Of a stretch of DNA of 32,000 nt, positions 27,877 through 32,000 are shown piece after piece (positions within the stretch are counted from its first letter, which is position 1; the number at the start of each line of letters is the position of its first letter). Position numbers and translations under genes: made by a program. The notes under the pieces are model-generated. The model saw only the letters and a program-made list of their open reading frames with translations. It searched no databases and was not told the origin of the DNA. This DNA comes from Candidatus Scalindua sp. (GTDB lineage: Bacteria > Planctomycetota > Brocadiia > Brocadiales > Scalinduaceae): NCBI GenBank assembly GCA_031316235.1, contig JALDRA010000001.1:3480001-3512000 (forward strand), given 5' to 3'.

Positions 27877-29003
27877 GGCAGATTTTTTTCAAGTATTCAA
27901 AATGGGATGGTTCACAGGCAGCTGATTTCGAAAACCCACAGGCAGTAATCGATCAAATTTCTGAATTTATCCTCAAATACGGGGTTCCTCTGGATTCGAT
28001 TCAAGAACAGACAAACCTGGACTTTGACTCGCTTGAAAATGAAGGGTACATAAAAAAAGTAAAGGGAAAATATGTTTTGTCTCCAAAGAGTCTCAATAGA
28101 ATGGAGCGCAAGGCCATGTTGGAAATTTTTGCTTCAATGAGGAAGTGCAGTGATGGGAGTCACGAATCGAACGCGAAAGGCAACCATAAAATGATGTATG
28201 AAGAATCGAAAGGGTACGAGTATGGAGATCCACTTTCCCACATGGATCTGAATTCTACATTAAAGCAGGCCCTGCGTCGTTCAGGGGCTCCTTTTCCGAT
28301 TGAGATAGAGAGAGAAGATTTTGTGGTGTATGAATCAGAGGAACAGTCAAGGTGTGCAACTGTCATATTGCTTGATATGAGTGGGTCAATGTTGCGGTCC
28401 GGTAAATTTTATAATGCAAAAAAGGTCGCTCTTGCACTTCAGGGATTAGTGCAGACGCAATTTTTAAACGATAAACTCTATTTTGTTGGATTTTACTCAT
28501 TTTCCAAAGTTCTGAAGCTCTCGGATCTGCCGTATGTTATGCCACGCCCTGTAAGACTCTTTGATTCCTGTGTTTATCTGGAATTAAAGAGGGAAGAATT
28601 GGAGGAATATAGAGGACGTATTCCCGAACACTTCACCAATATTCATGAAGGGTTGAGGGTATCACGACGGATTCTTGCAAACGAAAAGTGTCAAAATAAA
28701 CAAATACTCTTAATAACCGATGGTGAACCAACTGCCCACTACGAAGGGGACAGGCTTTTCCTCATATATCCGCCAAACGAAAGATCGGCGAAAGAGACGC
28801 TCCGTGAAGCAGGCAGATGTAAAAAAGAGGGGATTATTATCAATACATTTGCCTTGATTGATGATTTTTACTACTTCGATCTTGCCAATTTTGTCGGTAA
28901 ACTCACAAACGTAAGCCGGGGGAGGGCTTTCTATCCGACTTCTGCAGAATTGGGCCGATATGTCCTTGAAGATTATGTGTCAAAACGGCGTAAAATGCTG
29001 TGA
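27873..29003 (+). CDS. VWA (von Willebrand factor A, CoxE-like) domain protein
   Basis: MIDAS motif ILLDMSGSM, later LITDGEPTA. It is translationally coupled to the upstream AAA+ gene. Confidence 0.8.
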   Translation: MRQIFFKYSKWDGSQAADFENPQAVIDQISEFILKYGVPLDSIQEQTNLDFDSLENEGYIKKVKGKYVLSPKSLNRMERKAMLEIFASMRKCSDGSHESNAKGNHKMMYEESKGYEYGDPLSHMDLNSTLKQALRRSGAPFPIEIEREDFVVYESEEQSRCATVILLDMSGSMLRSGKFYNAKKVALALQGLVQTQFLNDKLYFVGFYSFSKVLKLSDLPYVMPRPVRLFDSCVYLELKREELEEYRGRIPEHFTNIHEGLRVSRRILANEKCQNKQILLITDGEPTAHYEGDRLFLIYPPNERSAKETLREAGRCKKEGIIINTFALIDDFYYFDLANFVGKLTNVSRGRAFYPTSAELGRYVLEDYVSKRRKML

Positions 29004-29120
29004 TAAGACGTAACCGCCGATAGGGATTCCGTTGCAATTAAGTGCATAATTGTGTCTGAAAATACCGAGTCGGACAAGTCGCCGAAACGTATTCAATTCT
29101 CTCTTTGAAGGATAGTTTTC

Positions 29121-30254
29121 GTGATGAGTGAAAAACCGAAAATACTCATTGTTGATGATAAGGTTGAAAATCTTATTGCTCTGGAGAAGACTCTGGCGGA
29201 TCTCGATGCTGAGTGTGTACGTGCAATTTCCGGAAATGACGCGTTGGCATTGATACTGGACTATGAGTTTGGTCTTGCATTGGTCGACGTTCAAATGCCT
29301 GAAATGGATGGTTATGAAACAGTAGAACTGATGCATCAAAACCGGGAAACTGAAAACTTGCCCGTTATCTTTGTTTCCGCTGTGTGGCAGGATGATTATC
29401 ATCTGATTAAGGGGATAGAGGCGGGTGCAGTTGATTTCATAGCGAAACCTATTGTGCCCGAAATTCTGAGGGGAAAGGTGCGGGCATTTCTCAAACTTTA
29501 TGAACAGAGGAAAAAAATTGTAGCGGCCATGGAAGTGAAGTCGCAGTTCCTTTCAGTTGTTTCTCACGAATTAAGGACTCCTCTTACCGCCATAAAGGAA
29601 AGCATCCGCCTGGTTTACAGTGAAGTAACCGGGGAAATCAACGATGAACAAAAAATGTTTCTTGAGATTGCCAAGAGGAACGTTGACAGGCTTGCCAGAT
29701 TAATTAATGACGTTCTGGATTTTCAACAGCTTGATGCGAATAAAATGAAATTTACAATGCAGGAGAATGATATTAATGAGGTTGTTTCAGACATCAACGA
29801 GACAATGTCCTCTGTGGCGGATGGAAAAGGCTTAAGGCTGGTTGTTAATCTTGATAAGACTCTTCCGAGAATTCAATTTGACAGGGATAAAATTCTACAG
29901 GTTTTAACCAATGTTATTAATAATGCTGTCAAGTTTACTGAAAAAGGCACCATTACGATCACAACAAAAGGAAGCGGGAATATCATCAGGGTGTCTGTTG
30001 AAGATACCGGACGGGGAATAAAAAAAGATGATTTGCCAAAGCTTTTCAAAGAATTTGGGCAGTTGGCAACAGGGAAGGAGAGAGAAACGGGTAGCACGGG
30101 GCTCGGACTGGTAATTTCCAGGGAGATAATTGAAAAGCATAACGGGAGAATGTGGGCAGAATCAGAATATGGCCAGGGGTCTACCTTCGTCTTTATATTG
30201 CCTGTTAATGAGCGGAGAGATGAGAGATTACTAAGCAGTTGTGTGCAAGATTAA
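29121..30254 (+). CDS. Hybrid receiver-histidine kinase (N-terminal REC, HisKA, HATPase_c)
   Basis: Receiver ILIVDDK...LALVDVQMPEMDG, H-box SHELRTPLTAI, and G-boxes DTGRGI / STGLGLVISREI. Confidence 0.9.
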   Translation: MMSEKPKILIVDDKVENLIALEKTLADLDAECVRAISGNDALALILDYEFGLALVDVQMPEMDGYETVELMHQNRETENLPVIFVSAVWQDDYHLIKGIEAGAVDFIAKPIVPEILRGKVRAFLKLYEQRKKIVAAMEVKSQFLSVVSHELRTPLTAIKESIRLVYSEVTGEINDEQKMFLEIAKRNVDRLARLINDVLDFQQLDANKMKFTMQENDINEVVSDINETMSSVADGKGLRLVVNLDKTLPRIQFDRDKILQVLTNVINNAVKFTEKGTITITTKGSGNIIRVSVEDTGRGIKKDDLPKLFKEFGQLATGKERETGSTGLGLVISREIIEKHNGRMWAESEYGQGSTFVFILPVNERRDERLLSSCVQD

Positions 30255-30652
30255 TTGCTCATGTTCCGGGAAAGAACCTTTTTTTCAGTATGGGTTTTTA
30301 TCACCGTTAGAATTTCATTTATGCTATAGGGTTTTGCAAGCATGACGTTACCGCCCGTAACCTGGCTGTTCTTCTTTTCCTCATCCTTTGAGAGTAAGGC
30401 GGTGAGAAAAATGATCGGGATATTTTCTGTTTCTGGACTTTCTTTAATCATTTTGGCGACTTCACCACCATCAATGTCCGGAAGGCAGATGTCCAGCACA
30501 ATCAGGTCAGGTTTATGGGAGTGTGCAAGTTGGATGGCATCAGTACCATTTACTGCTGAAACCACATCGAATCCCTTTACTATGAGCCACTTTTCAAGCA
30601 CTGTAAGCATATCTCTTTCGTCGTCAACGATCAATATCTTCTTTTTTTTCAT
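30251..30652 (-). CDS. Stand-alone response-regulator receiver protein
   Basis: KILIVDDERD...DLIVLDICLPDIDG...AKPY; 133 aa with no output domain. Confidence 0.85.
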   Translation of the reverse strand: MKKKKILIVDDERDMLTVLEKWLIVKGFDVVSAVNGTDAIQLAHSHKPDLIVLDICLPDIDGGEVAKMIKESPETENIPIIFLTALLSKDEEKKNSQVTGGNVMLAKPYSINEILTVIKTHTEKKVLSRNMSN

Positions 30653-30690
30653 GACTGATACCTTTCAAGTTTCATCTAATAAATCTTTTG

Positions 30691-31071
30691 TTATAGGTAC
30701 TTTTCTATAACTCCGAGTAAATCTTCAAAATTATATGGTTTGGTAAGTATTGCACTGTTGTTTAACAGTGTGTATCTCTCTGAGTTATTGGGTGCTGACA
30801 ATAGCGCACTTAAAAATATTACCGGGATATCCTTGGTTTTCGGATCTTTTCTTAACCTGGTTGCAACCTCTTCTCCCTGAATGTCTCCGAGTACCCTGTC
30901 AAGTATCAGAAGGTCAGGATGTTTTGTTCTTGCAGAAGTGATACCATCATGTCCGTTATCAGCCGTAATAACAGAATATCCTGCCGCGGATAGTCCTTTT
31001 TCAAGGATTAAAAGCAGGTCTTTTTCATCATCAACAACGAGGATTTTTTTCTTTTCCATGACACGGCTCAA
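30691..31071 (-). CDS. Stand-alone response-regulator receiver protein (paralog of 30251-30652)
   Basis: KILVVDDEKD...DLLILDRVLGDIQG...TKPY; 126 aa. Confidence 0.85.
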   Translation of the reverse strand: MSRVMEKKKILVVDDEKDLLLILEKGLSAAGYSVITADNGHDGITSARTKHPDLLILDRVLGDIQGEEVATRLRKDPKTKDIPVIFLSALLSAPNNSERYTLLNNSAILTKPYNFEDLLGVIEKYL

Positions 31072-31301
31072 TTTTCACAAAAGTATGACAGTCTTTTATC
31101 GCATTCATTATCGTCGTTTTGTGGTAATTCTTTGGAAACAATTTCAGAGAACCGGACGGAAATGTCCTGGAAATGGAGTTAATCGAAGACCTGCACTGCA
31201 TAGAGATTATTTCAGGTCATACATTGTGATCACTCAAGTTTGATGCATCTGTTTGGCAAACGGAAAACAAGAATACGCTTTAAGGCAGGAAATATATCAG
31301 A

Positions 31302-31446
31302 ATATACTCATCTTATACTGGATTTCGGATAAAATCCGGGGAAAAACGGAGCGGGTAAGCTCCTCGGTGCCTGGTTTTGTCCGGGGATACCATTAACCAG
31401 GATCTGGTTTTTAGAAAAAGCTGAAACCAAATCAGTTGTAGTATAT
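31302..31446 (+). repeat. MITE-like structured intergenic repeat, copy E (longest copy)
   Basis: Sequence: atatactcatcttatactggatttcggataaaatccgggg...ggttttgtccggggataccattaaccaggatctggtttttagaaaaagctgaaaccaaatcagttgtagtatat. Confidence 0.8.
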
Positions 31447-31520
31447 GACAATGATTGCAGGTCTGGAGTGTCACACCTTTGACAACTCGATGCATGAGCA
31501 ATTTCAATGAATAATACCCT

Positions 31521-31560
31521 TCGACTCCGCTCAGTGTTCTGTCATTCCGAACGGAGTCGA
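31521..31560 (-). terminator. Hairpin downstream of trxB (possible terminator / REP-like palindrome)
   Basis: 9-bp arms tcgactccg (31521-31529) / cggagtcga (31552-31560), 34 nt past the trxB stop. No clear U-tract. Confidence 0.4.
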
Positions 31561-31593
31561 GAGGCTGACTTCTTCTTCACACAATCTCAAGGG

Positions 31594-32000
31594 TTAAGCA
31601 AAGCCTCTGGTCGTAAGCCATCTTTCTGCTTCGAGAGCTGACATACACCCTGTACCTGCAGCAGTAACGGCCTGCTTATAATAGGAGTCCATAACGTCTC
31701 CGGCCGCAAAAACACCTTCAACACTTGTTGCAGTCCTCCAGGGTGTAGGAGTTGCGATAAAGCCCTTCTCATCCAATTTGACCTGGCCGTTCAAAAAAGC
31801 TACATTTGGGGTATGGCCGATTGCTATAAACAGGCCTCCGCAGTTTAAGCTTGACACCTCTTTGGTTTCCGTATCCTGAAGTTCGACACCGGAAATTAAT
31901 TTGTCCCCTAATACATCAGTGACGATAGAGTTCCATTTGAATTCTATTTTAGGGTTTGTTCTGGCACGTTCCTGCATTATGGGGCTTGCCCTGAGTGTAT
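31594..32000 (-). CDS. trxB: Thioredoxin-disulfide reductase, C-terminal part (the gene continues beyond the window)
   Basis: ...[23 protein letters not shown]...[11 protein letters not shown]...[34 protein letters not shown]. The reading frame is open to position 32000. Confidence 0.9.
   Translation of the reverse strand, partial: TLRASPIMQERARTNPKIEFKWNSIVTDVLGDKLISGVELQDTETKEVSSLNCGGLFIAIGHTPNVAFLNGQVKLDEKGFIATPTPWRTATSVEGVFAAGDVMDSYYKQAVTAAGTGCMSALEAERWLTTRGFA

Noticed and set aside
309-31446. The dispersed repeats as a CRISPR array or CRISPR leader fragments
   Set aside because: The copies are kilobases apart and in both orientations. They are 125-145 nt long and lack regularly spaced short spacers. 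No cas genes are present.

Overview
This is an AT-rich chromosomal window (about 40% GC by eye) with high coding density, mostly on the + strand. No rRNA, tRNA or CRISPR array was found.

Gene content in order:
- A small ferredoxin lies divergent from an ars locus (arsR, a truncated arsC remnant, acr3).
- A secreted acidic protein follows.
- A complete group 3b (sulfhydrogenase-type) NAD(P)-linked [NiFe] hydrogenase operon (beta, gamma, delta, alpha, maturation protease) comes next.
- A receiver protein and a membrane histidine kinase follow; the kinase is split by one in-frame TAA.
- A radical SAM/SPASM gene is packed against a multi-TM GAF histidine kinase, an NtrC-type sigma54 activator and dnaE.
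- A ~2.5 kb gene-poor decay island (19240-21770) holds an IS4-superfamily transposase remnant, a DUF6883(remnant)/DUF4926 pair and a putative ORF-less 5' fragment of a group II intron.
- A TPR lipoprotein-like gene, an MBL-fold hydrolase and gyrA follow.
- A translationally coupled ChlI-like AAA+ ATPase / VWA pair comes next.
- A hybrid receiver-histidine kinase converges on two stand-alone receiver genes.
- The window ends in the 3' part of trxB.

The most unusual signal is non-coding. A family of ~125-145 nt intergenic repeats occurs as three full copies (309-445, 3009-3133, 31302-31446) plus terminal fragments (19247-19274, 21139-21195, possibly 17-95). The copies share conserved blocks and hairpins at equivalent positions. 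One terminus of the family is also found directly abutting the stop codon of the transposase remnant, which suggests MITEs derived from that IS.

No obvious novel protein-based system was recognised. The AAA+/VWA pair and the radical SAM-HK-NtrC block are the best uncharacterised protein candidates. Taxonomy cannot be established without a search; gene content suggests an anaerobe.
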